In this document: positions 1 through 14,065 of the stretch, piece by piece | Numbering within the stretch: position 1 is the first letter of the stretch | How the letters are laid out: each line of letters starts with the position of its first letter | Source of the DNA: Perna viridis | Taxonomy: Eukaryota | NCBI GenBank assembly: GCA_037379345.1 | Contig: CM074517.1 | Location: 21,018,001-21,082,000 of the forward strand | Length of the DNA: 64,000 nt | Direction: 5' to 3' | Notes under the pieces: model-generated | Told to the model about the DNA's origin: nothing | Databases searched by the model: none | The model's input: the letters and a program-made list of their open reading frames with translations, nothing else | Position numbers and translations under genes: made by a program

Positions 1-3000
1 TTTCTCATGAAAAAAATGTTTTTTGTTTATTCAGTCTATCGTTTTTGTGTGGTAGGTTATCATTTGTTAACTGGAACTGGATATCGGGATGCCAATCAAC
101 CATCATAGTTACTTCCTTGACACCTTAATGCCTATCAAAATAATGTTAGCAAATGTAATCTTCTAGTTAAAACTTGAAACTGTAAAAGTTGAAACAAAAT
201 TAACGCATGAATTGAGCAGATGTGTTGGAGTCTTTATTGTAAATGCCAAGAAAATTAGATTTACAGTGTTAATATACTCTGATTGAGCATTTTGTTCCAT
301 ACTGAGACCTTTATCTATGGACAGGGATAGTATTGTAATAAAAATTCCTAAACGAAAATAAGCTTTTCATGATTTTTTATGTAGTTATGTAGAAAATTGA
401 ATAATATTTCGAATGATACCAAATTAGAGACGTTTTTGTCGTTCAATAACTTGTAGAGTCAAATTTTAAGAGTTTTAAGAAAAAATGTTTAGCAATGTTT
501 GATAAACTCTTACTTTAAAAATCGTTACAAGTCATGAAAAACAAAAACAAAAACCAAACACCCCCCCCCCCCAAAAAAAAAAAAAAAAAAAAACCAAACA
601 AACAAACAAACACGTATCAATTGCGATAGTTCTAAGCAGAAAATACCACAATAAGCCATTTCTTACTTAAACATTCTCTAGGGTTTTTTGACATGAATAA
701 TATGTCAATGTTCTGATGGGGTAGGCGTACATATTTCACATACTGCAATTTATATAATTCTATTGGAGAGCTGAGACGTTGGGCTACCTCATGATACATA
801 TATGGATTTACTTTACTTCTTTCTGATGCCCCAAGATGATTCAAACGCTCTAACAATGGCGACAGAAACAGCCTCACTTTTTACCAAGTAGGTTGCAAAG
901 ATAGGCTTGTACCGAAAAAGAGTCGAATAATATTCTTTTGCAACAAATTGATTCGTAAACAGGAGATATTTAGGGACCTGAAAAATCATCATGAAGTTGA
1001 TGAGTAGGGGGTGTGCACGGTGGACCCTCCAAGTCTACGGACTAGCACTGTCTTGTTTTTTATGGAAGCTTTCAGTATTGTTACAAAACTATCGCTTTGC
1101 TATTATTCGAATGGAAACGCCATGTTGCTAGATATCTAACATTCGAGTTAAGTTGCGTAGTTCGTTCATTTTACGTGACTAAACATTGCTCTATGAAAGT
1201 TTGAGCGTGCGCCGCTTGACATTATAATTGTTACTTATCCTCGTGACGGGTGCATGCATTCACACTATGCTAGCTAGAAGTAGTTAGAATTAAGTATGCA
1301 CTTGATTTCCCTAAAGACGTTTGCTGATTAATGCTTAAACAATTTGTTACCTTACAGGTTCAGTAACAATATACTTAAGTTCATTTATTTAATGCATAAT
1401 ATTTATCACCCAGAAGGTACTTTTATCTCCACACTCTAAATAATGGTTAAAATAAAACTGTTTTGAGCATTATTCCAATCACTAAGTAAGATGTGAAAAA
1501 AAACAACGCTTTTTATAAGGCATTATACCTATAGAGAATGAATACGTCTTTTTCCTGTAATTTTGAGTTATACACATAATTTGCAATATTTTTTTCTTAG
1601 GGGATTTTCCTTTTTTATTTGAAATCAGACATTTCCAGTGTCCCGTAATTGGTCGTCCCGGTCTTACGACTTTCAACTTCATGTGACAAAAAAAGAATGC
1701 AAGAATAATGATGTTTGATGAGATGCTTTAATTCTAATTATGCATTCGATGCTCGTTTAGGAATGAATGATATATAATTACACAAAGCTTACTGATATAC
1801 GTTCAAGAAGATGTCAAGTATATTTAAAGCAGTCAGTCGCAGACACGTTGAAGAGACAGTGATTTTTTTTACGAATTGACATAGAATCGTTAACATGAAT
1901 TCAGCAAACATCTTACATAGATTCTCTATTATATCAACTACGTCACTTGATCATCTTTCTTTAGTTTCTTTCATACAGATGGTGATGGATTACATTGTTT
2001 ATTTTATACATAATTTGTTGTATGAAGCTAGTTTCATTACACAATATAATCGACGGTTTGCATAGCTTGATGCATGATACTTTACATTTTTTTACTTTAT
2101 TTACACTACATTAGAGTTAAAGGTAACTTCTTCATCAATGGCTAGAGTGATTAACCTGAAATTTATATATTTTCGTTTCAACCCGTTGCACTTTACCGAT
2201 TTGCCTTTTAACAACAGAAACAATAACGCACATTCAGCCATTATATACCTAAAGCGCATGCATATTTATATAGTAGAATAGATTTTACTGTATTTCCGTA
2301 ATTGGCCAGCTCATATATCTTTAGAAAGCCAAAGCTCGTCTTCTGGAGTATGGAGTAAGGCAAGAAAAGAAATCTGCACCATTATTTCGACTAGATGCGT
2401 ATTTTGCGGTTAGAACAACCAATAACTATTGCGTGGACTATTTCTAGTTTCAATGGAAACGATCGTCAATAGGCATTTGTAAATTCAACAGATCAATCAC
2501 AAACAAAAATTCACAAACTTATTTTTTACGGTCCGATATTCTCCTTAGTCATCAATTGTTATCATTAACACATATATATGGAACCTTTGTCACTTGTGCA
2601 CAAATTTGTTCATTTCTGTAAAGTATTTTGATACATGTACAAAATCCAATGAAATTAAGATATTTTCAAAGTTGGTATATTTGTATCATCTGATGTCCTC
2701 ATATTTGAACTAATCAAATAAAATGAGACGAAATTTTCTTCGAGATATTTAGTAATGTTGATTATTGTCACTTTTGATTCTTATGAAAAAAAATCTTTTA
2801 ATCTTTTAAACAGTTTATTTTGGTCTTAAGACATATACATATATACAAATATTTTGCAAAATCATTAAGCTCCATATACATTTTATTATTAAATACATAG
2901 CGATATACTTTACAGATATGAAAAATGTAATAGGTTTGAAGGTAAAATCCATTTCAATCATCGATATAAGTACTACTAAAATATACTATGAAAACAATAA

Positions 3001-3070
3001 TAAAAATGCTATATCAAAAAAACAAAACTCAAAAAATGAAGTAAATTTTGCATTATTATCTACACTGCAG

Positions 3071-6000
3071 CAAATAAAGGTTCAACATATATTGTATCAA
3101 CAAAAACTGCTGCAAGAAAAGAAACAACAGTACTGCCACGCACGACAGAAGGTACATCAGAATCAAGAATAAACGAGGAAATAACGACAGGAAGTACAAC
3201 TGTAACGTCAACAGGAGGGGGAACACCTCAAACTTTGTCAGTTAAAGAAACTGCCACTGGTGTCCAAGCAACATCTTCTGAAGCTGTGACTTCAGGAGAA
3301 CAAATTCTTTCCACTACTTTCGAATCATCAAAAACTACAGCAACGGCAAGTGATACTTCTACTGTTACATCAACAACAGCAGATGAAACTACTACTAGTT
3401 ATGTAACCCAAACGATGTCAGAAGTAACAACAAAATTACCTACCGAACAAACTACTTCTGAAGAATCACAAACAACATCAACAAGAAAATCTTCTATTAC
3501 AGCTGAAACAGAAACTTCGTCAGTCACTACTGTTCAAGCAACATCTTCCGAAGCTGTGACTTCAGGAGAACAAATTTCCACAACCACTTTCGAATCATCA
3601 ACAGTAGCTAGCGAAACATCTTCAACACTGGAAACTGCATCTGTAGTACAAACAACTTCTTCGGAACCTGCAACAACATCAGTCGGACAGTTCACTACAA
3701 CTGGAGTGGAAGCAACATCATCTGGAGTAACTACCACAACGGCAAGTGATACTTCTACTGAAACTAGTACATCAAGAACAGCAGATGAAACTACTACTAG
3801 TTATGTAGACCAAACGACGTCAGAAGTAACAACAAAATTACCTACCGAACAAACTACTTCTGAAGAATCACAAACAACATCAACAAGAAAATCTTCTATT
3901 ACAGCTGAAACAGAAACTACGTCCGTCACAGGAACTGCCACTACTGTTCAAACAACATCTTCTGAAGCTGTGACTTCAGGAGAACAAAGTTCCACAACCA
4001 CTTTCGAATCATCAACAGTAGCAAATGGAATAACCTCTACACTGGAAAGTGCATCTGTGGAACAAACAACTACTTCAGAACCTGCAACAACGTCAGTCGG
4101 ACAGTTTACCACAACTGGATTGGAAGCAACTTCGTCTGGAATAACTACCAGACCAGCAAGTAATACATCTACTGAAACTAGTACATCAAGAACAGCAGAT
4201 GAAACTACTACTAGTTATGTAGACCAGACGACGTCAGAAGTAACAACAAAATTACCTACCGAACAAACTACTTATGAAGAATCACAAACAACATCTACAA
4301 GAAAATCTTCTAGTACAGCTGAAACAGAAACTTCGTCAGACAAAGAAACTGCCACTACTGTTCAAGCAACATCGTCCGAAGCTGTGACTTCAGGAGAACA
4401 AATTTCCACAACCACTTTCGAATCATCAACAGTAGCTAGCAAAACATCTTCAACACTGGAAACTGCATCTGTAGTACAAACAACTACTTCGGAACCTGCA
4501 ACAACATCAGTCGGACAGTTTACTACAACTGGAGTGGAAGCAACATCATCTGGAGTAACTACCACAACGGCAAGTGATACTTCTACTGAAATTAGTTCAT
4601 CAAGAACAGCAGATGAAACTACTACTAGTTATGTAGACGAAACGACGTCAGAAGTAACAACAAAATTACCTACCGAACAAACTACTTATGAAGAATCACA
4701 AACAACATCTACAAGAAAATCTTCTAGTACAGCTGAAACAGAAACTTCGTCAGACAAAGAAACTGCTACTACTTTTCAAGCAACATCTTCCGAAGCTGTG
4801 ACTTCAGGAGAACAAATTTCCATAACCACTTTCGAATCATCAACAGTAGCTAGCGAAACATCTTCAACACTGGAAACTGCATCTGTAGTACAAACAACTG
4901 CTTCAGAACCTGTAACAACGTCAGTCGGACAGTTTACTACAACTGGAGTGGAAGCAACATCATCTGGAGTAACTACCACAACGGCAAGTGATACTTCTAC
5001 TGAAACTATTACATCAAGAACAGCAGATGAAACTACTACTAGTTATGTAGACCAGACGACGTCAGAAGTAACAACAAAATTACCTACCGAACAAACTACT
5101 TCTGAAGAATCACAAACAACATCAACAAGAAAATCTTCTATTACAGCTGAAACAGAAACTACAACTACGTCCGTCACAGGAACTGCCACTACTGTTCAAA
5201 CAACATCTTCTGAAGCTGTGACTTCAGGAGAACAAAGTTCCACAACCACTTTCGAATCATCAACAGTAGCAAATGGAATCACCTCTACACTGGAAAGTGC
5301 ATCTGTGGAACAAACAACTACTTCAGAACCTGCAACAACGTCAGTCGGACAGTTTACCACAACTGGATTGGAAGCAACTTCGTCTGGAATAACTACCAGA
5401 CCAGCAAGTAATACATCTACTGAAACTAGTACATCAAGAACAGCAGATGAAACTACTACTAGTTATGTAGACCAGACGACGTCAGAAGTAACAACAAAAT
5501 TACCTACCGAACAAACTACTTATGAAGAATCACAAACAACATCTACAAGAAAATCTTCTAGTACAGCTGAAACAGAAACTTCGTCAGACAAAGAAACTGC
5601 CACTACTGTTCAAGCAACATCTTCCGAAGCTGTGACTTCAGGAGAACAAATTTCCACAACCACTTTCGAATCATCAACAGTAGCTAGCGAAACATCTTCA
5701 ACACTGGAAAGTGCATCTGTAGCACAAACAACTTCTTCGGAACCTGAAACAACATCAGTCGGACAGTTCACTACAACTGGAGTGGAAGCAACATCATCTG
5801 GAGTAACTACCACAACGGCAAGTGATACTTCTACTGAAACTAGTACATCAAGAACAGCAGATGAAACTACTACTAGTTATGTAGACCAAACGACGTCAGA
5901 AGTAACAACAAAATTACCTACCGAACAAACTACTTCTGAAGAATCACAAACAACATCTACAAGAAAATCTTCTAGTACAGCTGAAACAGAAACTTCGTCA

Positions 6001-9000
6001 GACAAAGAAACTGCCACTACTGTTCAAGCAACATCGTCCGAAGCTGTGACTTCAGGAGAACAAATTTCCACATTCACTTTCGAATCATCAACAGTAGCTA
6101 GCAAAACATCTTCAACACTGGAAACTGCATCTGTAGTACAAACAACTACTTCGGAACCTGCAACAACATCAGTCGGACAGTTTACTACAACTGGAGTGGA
6201 AGCAACATCATCTGGAGTAACTACCACAACGGCAAGTGATACTTCTACTGAAATTAGTTCATCAAGAACAGCAGATGAAATTACTACTAGTTATGTAGAC
6301 CAGACGACGTCAGAAGTAACAACAAAATTACCTACCGAACAAACTACTTATGAAGAATCACAAACAACATCTACAAGAAAATCTTCTAGTACAGCTGAAA
6401 CAGAAACTTCGTCAGACAAAGAAACTGCCACTACTGTTCAAGCAACATCTTCCGAAGCTGTGACTTCAGGAGAACAAATTTCCACAACCACTTTCGAATC
6501 ATCAACAGTAGCTAGCGAAACATCTTCAACACTGGAAAGTGCATCTGTAGCACAAACAACTTCTTCGGAACCTGAAACAACATCAGTCGGACAGTTCACT
6601 ACAACTGGAGTGGAAGCAACATCATCTGGAGTAACTACCACAACGGCAAGTGATACTTCTACTGAAACTAGTACATCAAGAACAGCAGATGAAACTACTA
6701 CTAGTTATGTAGACCAAACGACGTCAGAAGTAACAACAAAATTACCTACCGAACAAACTACTTCTGAAGAATCACAAACAACATCAACAAGAAAATCTTC
6801 TATTACAGCTGAAACAGAAACTACAACTACGTCCGTCACAGGAACTGCCACTACTGTTCAAACAACATCTTCTGAAGCTGTGACTTCAGGAGAACAAAGT
6901 TCCACAACCACTTCCGAATCATCAACAGTAGCAAATGGAATAACCTCTACACTGGAAAGTGCATCTGTGGAACAAACAACTACTTCAAAACCTGCAACAA
7001 CGTCAGTCGGACAGTTTACCACAACTGGATTGGAAGCAACTTCGTCTGGAATAACTACCAGACCAGCAAGTAATACATCTACTGAAACTAGTACATCAAG
7101 AACAGCAGATGAAACTACTACTAGTTATGTAGACCAGACGACGTCAGAAGTAACAACAAAATTACCTACCGAACAAACTACTTATGAAGAATCACAAACA
7201 TCTACAAGAAAATCTTCTAGTACAGCTGAAACAGAAACTTCGTCAGACAAAGAAACTGCCACTACTGTTCAAGCAACATCTTCCGAAGCTGTGACTTCAG
7301 GAGAACAAATTTCCACAACCACTTTCGAATCATCAACAGTAGCTAGCAAAACATCTTCAACACTGGAAACTGCATCTGTAGTACAAACAACTACTTCGGA
7401 ACCTGCAACAACATCAGTCGGACAGTTTACTACAACTGGAGTGGAAGCAACATCATCTGGAGTAACTACCACAACGGCAAGTGATACTTCTACTGAAATT
7501 AGTTCATCAAGAACAGCAGATGAAACTACTACTAGTTATGTAGACGAAACGACGTCAGAAGAAACAACAAAATTACCTACCGAACAAACTACTTATGAAG
7601 AATCACAAACAACATCTACAAGAAAATCTTCTAGTACAGCTGAAACAGAAACTTCGTCAGACAAAGAAACTGCTACTACTGTTCAAGCAACATCTTCCGA
7701 AGCTGTGACTTCAGGAGAACAAATTTCCACAACCACTTTCGAATCATCAACAGTAGCTAGCGAAACATCTTCAACACTGGAAACTGCATCTGTAGTACAA
7801 ACAACTACTTCAGAACCTGCAACAACGTCAGTCGGACAGTTTACCACAAGTGGAGTGGAAGCAACATCATCTGGAGTAACTACCACAACGGCAAGTGATA
7901 CTTCTACTGAAATTAGTTCATCAAGAACAGCAGATGAAATTACTACTAGTTATGTAGACCAGACGACGTCAGAAGTAACAACAAAATTACCTACCGAACA
8001 AACTACTTATGAAGAATCACAAACAACATCTACAAGAAAATCTTCTAGTACAGCTGAAACAGAAACTTCGTCAGACAAAGAAACTGCCACTACTGTTCAA
8101 GCAACATCTTCCGAAGCTGTGACTTCAGGAGAACAAATTTCCACAACCACTTTCGAATCATCAACAGTAGCTAGCGAAACATCTTCAACACTGGAAAGTG
8201 CATCTGTAGGCCAAACAACTTCTTCGGAACCTGAAACAACATCAGTCGGACAGTTCACTACAACTGGAGTGGAAGCAACATCATCTGGAGTAACTACCAC
8301 AACGGCAAGTGATACTTCTACTGAAACTATTACATCAAGAACAGCAGATGAAACTACTACTAGTTATGTAGACCAAACGACGTCAGAAGTAACAACAAAA
8401 TTACCTACCGAACAAACTACTTCTGAAGAATCACAAACAACATCAACAAGAAAATCTTCCATTACAGCTGAAACAGAAACTACGTCCGTCACAGGAACTG
8501 CCACTACTGTTCAAACAACATCTTCTGAAGCTGTGACTTCAGGAGAACAAATTTCCACAACCACCTTCGAATCATCAACAGTAGCAAATGGAATAACCTC
8601 TACACTGGAAAGTGCATCTGTGGAACAAACAACTACTTCAGAACCTGCAACAACGTCAGTCGGACAGTTTACCACAACTGGATTGGAAGCAACTTCGTCT
8701 GGAATAACTACCAGACCAGCAAGTAATACATCTACTGAAACTAGTACATCAAGAACAGCAGATGAAACTACTACTAGTTATGTAGACCAGACGACGTCAG
8801 AAGTAACAACAAAATTACCTACCGAACAAACTACTTATCAAGAATCACAAACAACATCTACAAGAAAATCTTCTAGTACAGCTGAAACAGAAACTTCGTC
8901 AGACAAAGAAACTGCCACTACTGTTCAAGCAACATCTTCCGAAGCTGTGACTTCAGGAGAACAAATTTCCACAACCACTTTCGAATCATCAACAGTAGCT

Positions 9001-12000
9001 AGCGAAACATCTTCAACACTGGAAACTGCATCTGTAGTACAAACAACTACTTCAGAACCTGTAACAACGTCAGTTGGACAGTTTACTACAACTGGAGTGG
9101 AAGCAACATCATCTGGAGTAACTACCACAACGGCAAGTGATACTTCTACTGAAACTATTACATCAAGAACAGCAGATGAAACTACTACTAGTTATGTAGA
9201 CCAAACGACGTCAGAAGTAACAACAAAATTACCTACCGAACAAACTACTTCTGAAGAATCACAAACAACATCAACAAGAAAATCTTCTATTACAGCTGAA
9301 ACAGAAACTACAACTACGTCCGTCACAGGAACTGCCACTACTGTTCAAACAACATCTTCTGAAGCTGTGACTTCAGGAGAACAAAGTTCCACAACCACTT
9401 TCGAATCATCAACAGTAGCAAATGGAATAACCTCTACACTGGAAAGTGCATCTGTGGAACAAACAACTACTTCAGAACCTGCAACAACGTCAGTCGGACA
9501 GTTTACCACAAGTGGATTGGAAGCAACTTCGTCTGGAATAACTACCAGACCAGCAAGTAATACATCTACTGAAACTAGTACATCAAGAACAGCGGATGAA
9601 ACTACTACTAGTTATGTAGACCAGACGACGTCAGAAGTAACAACAAAATTACCTACCGAACAAACTACTTATGAAGAATCACAAACAACATCTACAAGAA
9701 AATCTTCTAGTACAGCTGAAACAGAAACTTCGTCAGACAAAGAAACTGCCACTACTGTTCAAGCAACATCTTCCGAAGCTGTGACTTCAGGAGAACAAAT
9801 TTCCACAACCACTTTCGAATCATCAACAGTAGCTAGCGAAACATCTTCAACACTGGAAAGTGCATCTGCAGCAGAAACAACTTCTTCGGAACCTGAAACA
9901 ACGTCAGTCGGACAGTTCACTATAACTGGAGTGGAAGCAACATCATCTGGAGTAACTACCACAACGGCAAGTGATACTTCTACTGAAACTAGTACATCAA
10001 GAACAGCAGATGAAACTACTACTAGTTATGTAGACCAAACGACGTCAGAAGTAACAACAAAATTACCTACCGAACAAACTACTTCTGAAGAATCACAAAC
10101 AACATCAACAAGAAAATCTTCTATTACAGCTGAAACAGAAACTACAACTACGTCCGTCACAGGAACTGCCACTACTGTTCAAACAACATCTTCTGAAGCT
10201 GTGACTTCAGGAGAACAAAGTTCCACAACCACTTTCGAATCATCAACAGTAGCTAGCGAAACATCTTCAACACTGGAAAGTGCATCTGTAGCACAAACAA
10301 CTTCTTCGGAACCTGAAACAACATCAGTCGGACAGTTCACTACAACTGGAGTGGAAGCAACATCATCTGGAATAACTACCACAACGGCAAGTGATACTTC
10401 TACTGAAACTAGTACATCAAGAACAGCAGATGAAACTACAACTAGTTATGTAGACCAGACGACGTCAGAAGTAACAACAAAATTACCTACCGAACAAACT
10501 ACTTATGAAGAATCACAAACAACATCTACAAGAAAATCTTCTAGTACAGCTGAAACAGAAACTTCGTCAGACAAAGAAACTGCCACTACTGTTCAAGCAA
10601 CATCTTCCGAAGCTGTGACTTCAGGAGAACAAATTTCCACAACCACTTTCGAATCATCAACAGTAGCTAGCAAAACATCTTCAACACTGGAAACTGCATC
10701 TGTAGTACAAACAACTACTTCGGAACCTGCAACAACATCAGTCGGACAGTTCACTACAACTGGAGTGGAAGCAACATCATCTGGAATAACTACCACAACG
10801 GCAAGTGATACTTCTACTGAAACTAGTACATCAAGAACAGCAGATGAAACTACTACTAGTTATGTTGACCAGACGACGTCAGAAGTAACAACAAAATTAC
10901 CTACCGAACAAACTACTTCTGAAGAATCACAAACAACATCAACAAGAAAATCTTCTATTACAGCTGAAACAGAAACTACAACTACGTCCGTCACAGGAAC
11001 TGCCACTACTGTTCAAACAACATCTTCTGAAGCTGTGACTTCAGGAGAACAAAGTTCCACAACCACTTTCGAATCATCAACAGTAGCAAATGGAATAACC
11101 TCTACACTGGAAAGTGCATCTGTGGAACAAACAACTACTTCAGAACCTGCAACAACGTCAGTCGGACAGTTTACCACAACTGGATTGGAAGCAACTTCGT
11201 CTGGAATAACTACCAGACCAGCAAGTAATACATCTACTGAAACTAGTACATCAAGAACAGCGGATGAAACTACTACTAGTTATGTAGACCAGACGACGTC
11301 AGAAGTAACAACAAAATTACCTACCGAACAAACTACTTATGAAGAATCACAAACAACATCAACAAGAAAATCTTCTATTACAGCTGAAACAGAAACTACA
11401 ACTACGTCCGTCACAGGAACTGCCACTACTGTTCAAACAACATCTTCTGAAGCTGTGACTTCAGGAGAACAAAGTTCCACAACCACTTTCGAATCATCAA
11501 CAGTAGCAAATGGAATAACCTCTACACTGGAAAGTGCATCTGTGGAACAAACAACTACTTCAGAACCTGCAACAACGTCAGTCGGACAGTTTACCACAAC
11601 TGGATTGGAAGCAACTTCGTCTGGAATAACTACCAGACCAGCAAGTAATACATCTACTGAAACTAGTACATCAAGAACAGCGGATGAAACTACTACTAGT
11701 TATGTAGACCAGACGACGTCAGAAGTAACAACAAAATTACCTACCGAACAAACTACTTATGAAGAATCACAAACAACATCTACAAGAAAATCTTCTAGTA
11801 CAGCTGAAACAGAAACTTCGTCAGACAAAGAAACTGCTACTACTGTTCAAGCAACATCTTCCGAAGCTGTGACTTCAGGAGAACAAATTTCCACAACCAC
11901 TTTCGAATCATCAACAGTAGCTAGCGAAACATCTTCAACACTGGAAAGTGCATCTGTAGCAGAAACAACTTCTTCGGAACCTGAAACAACGTCAGTCGGA

Positions 12001-14065
12001 CAGTTCACTATAACTGGAGTGGAAGCAACATCATCTGGAGTAACTACCACAACGGCAAGTGATACTTCTACTGAAACTAGTACATCAAGAACAGCAGATG
12101 AAACTACTACTAGTTATGTAGACCAAACGACGTCAGAAGTAACAACAAAATTACCTACCGAACAAACTACTTCTGAAGAATCACAAACAACATCAACAAG
12201 AAAATCTTCTATTACAGCTGAAACAGAAACTACAACTACGTCCGTCACAGGAACTGCCACTACTGTTCAAACAACATCTTCTGAAGCTGTGACTTCAGGA
12301 GAACAAAGTTCCACAACCACTTTCGAATCATCAACAGTAGCTAGCGAAACATCTTCAACACTGGAAAGTGCATCTGTAGCACAAACAACTTCTTCGGAAC
12401 CTGAAACAACATCAGTCGGACAGTTCACTACAACTGGAGTGGAAGCAACATCATCTGGAATAACTACCACAACGGCAAGTGATACTTCTACTGAAACTAG
12501 TACATCAAGAACAGCAGATGAAACTACTACTAGTTATGTAGACCAGACGACGTCAGAAGTAACAACAAAATTACCTACCGAACAAACTACTTATGAAGAA
12601 TCACAAACAACATCTACAAGAAAATCTTCTAGTACAGCTGAAACAGAAACTTCGTCAGACAAAGAAACTGCTACTACTGTTCAAGCAACATCTTCCGAAG
12701 CTGTGACTTCAGGAGAACAAATTTCCACAACCACTTTCGAATCATCAACAGTAGCTAGCGAAACATCTTCAACACTGGAAAGTGCATCTGTAGCAGAAAC
12801 AACTTCTTCGGAACCTGAAACAACGTCAGTCGGACAGTTCACTATAACTGGAGTGGAAGCAACATCATCTGGAGTAACTACCACAACGGCAAGTGATACT
12901 TCTACTGAAACTAGTACATCAAGAACAGCAGATGAAACTACTACTAGTTATGTAGACAAAACGACGTCAGAAGTAACAACAAAATTACCTACCGAACAAA
13001 CTACTTCTGAAGAATCACAAACAACATCAACAAGAAAATCTTCTATTACAGCTGAAACAGAAACTACAACTACGTCCGTCACAGGAACTGCCACTACTGT
13101 TCAAACAACATCTTCTGAAGCTGTGACTTCAGGAGAACAAAGTTCCACAACCACTTTCGAATCATCAACAGTAGCTAGCGAAACATCTTCAACACTGGAA
13201 AGTGCATCTGTAGCACAAACAACTTCTTCGGAACCTGAAACAACGTCAGTCGGACAGTTCACTACAACTGGAGTGGAAGCAACATCATCTGGAATAACTA
13301 CCACAACGGCAAGTGATACTTCTACTGAAACTAGTACATCAAGAACAGCAGATGAAACTACTACTAGTTATGTAGACCAGACGACGTCAGAAGTAACAAC
13401 AAAATTACCTACCGAACAAACTACTTATGAAGAATCACAAACAACATCTACAAGAAAATCTTCTAGTACAGCTGAAACAGAAACTTCGTCAGACAAAGAA
13501 ACTGCTACTACTGTTCAAGCAACATCTTCCGAAGCTGTGACTTCAGGAGAACAAATTTCCACAACCACTTTCGAATCATCAACAGTAGCTAGCAAAACAT
13601 CTTCAACACTGGAAACTGCATCTGTAGTACAAACAACTACTTCAGAACCTGTAACAACGTCAGTCGGACAGTTTACTACAACTGGATTGGAAGCAACATC
13701 ATCTGGAGTAACTACCACAACGGCAAGTGATACTTCTACTGAAATTAGTTCATCAAGAACAGCAGATGAAACTACTACTAGTTATGTAGACCAGACGACG
13801 TCAGAAGTAACAACAAAATTACCTACCGAACAAACTACTTCTGAAGAATCACAAACAACATCAACAAGAAAATCTTCTATTACAGCTGAAACAGAAACTT
13901 CGTCAGTCAAAGAAACTGCTACTACTGTTCAAGCAACATCTTCCGAAGCAGTGATTTCAGGAGAACAAATTTCCACAACCACATTCGAATCATCAACAGT
14001 AGCTAGCGAAACATCTTCTACACTGGAAACTACATCTGTAGAGGCTGTGACTATAATAGAACGAG
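3071..14065 (+). CDS. Giant mucin exon A (10,995 bp, phase 1-1), Thr/Ser/Glu-rich repeats
   Basis: Frame of ORF 3235-14109 is open from 3040; acceptor ctgcag|c at 3070/3071; donor g|gtgagg at 14065/14066. Confidence 0.85.

Noticed and set aside
560-612. Poly-C, poly-A and (caaa)n run
   Set aside because: Ordinary simple sequence; no flanking duplication identified
632-3070. Candidate first or signal-peptide exon and promoter (ORF 632-877, TATA-like word near 1819, open stretches near 775-888 and 2310-2410)
   Set aside because: No ATG plus hydrophobic core plus phase-1 donor combination could be supported; the gene start may lie upstream of the window
2918-3172. 84-aa + ORF overlapping the start of exon A
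   Set aside because: Different frame, low complexity, spans an intron-exon boundary
3534-13718. Series of 67-aa minus-strand ORFs ([10 protein letters not shown]...)
   Set aside because: Antisense shadows of the Thr/Ser repeat; ACN codons read as Val-rich and stop-poor on the other strand
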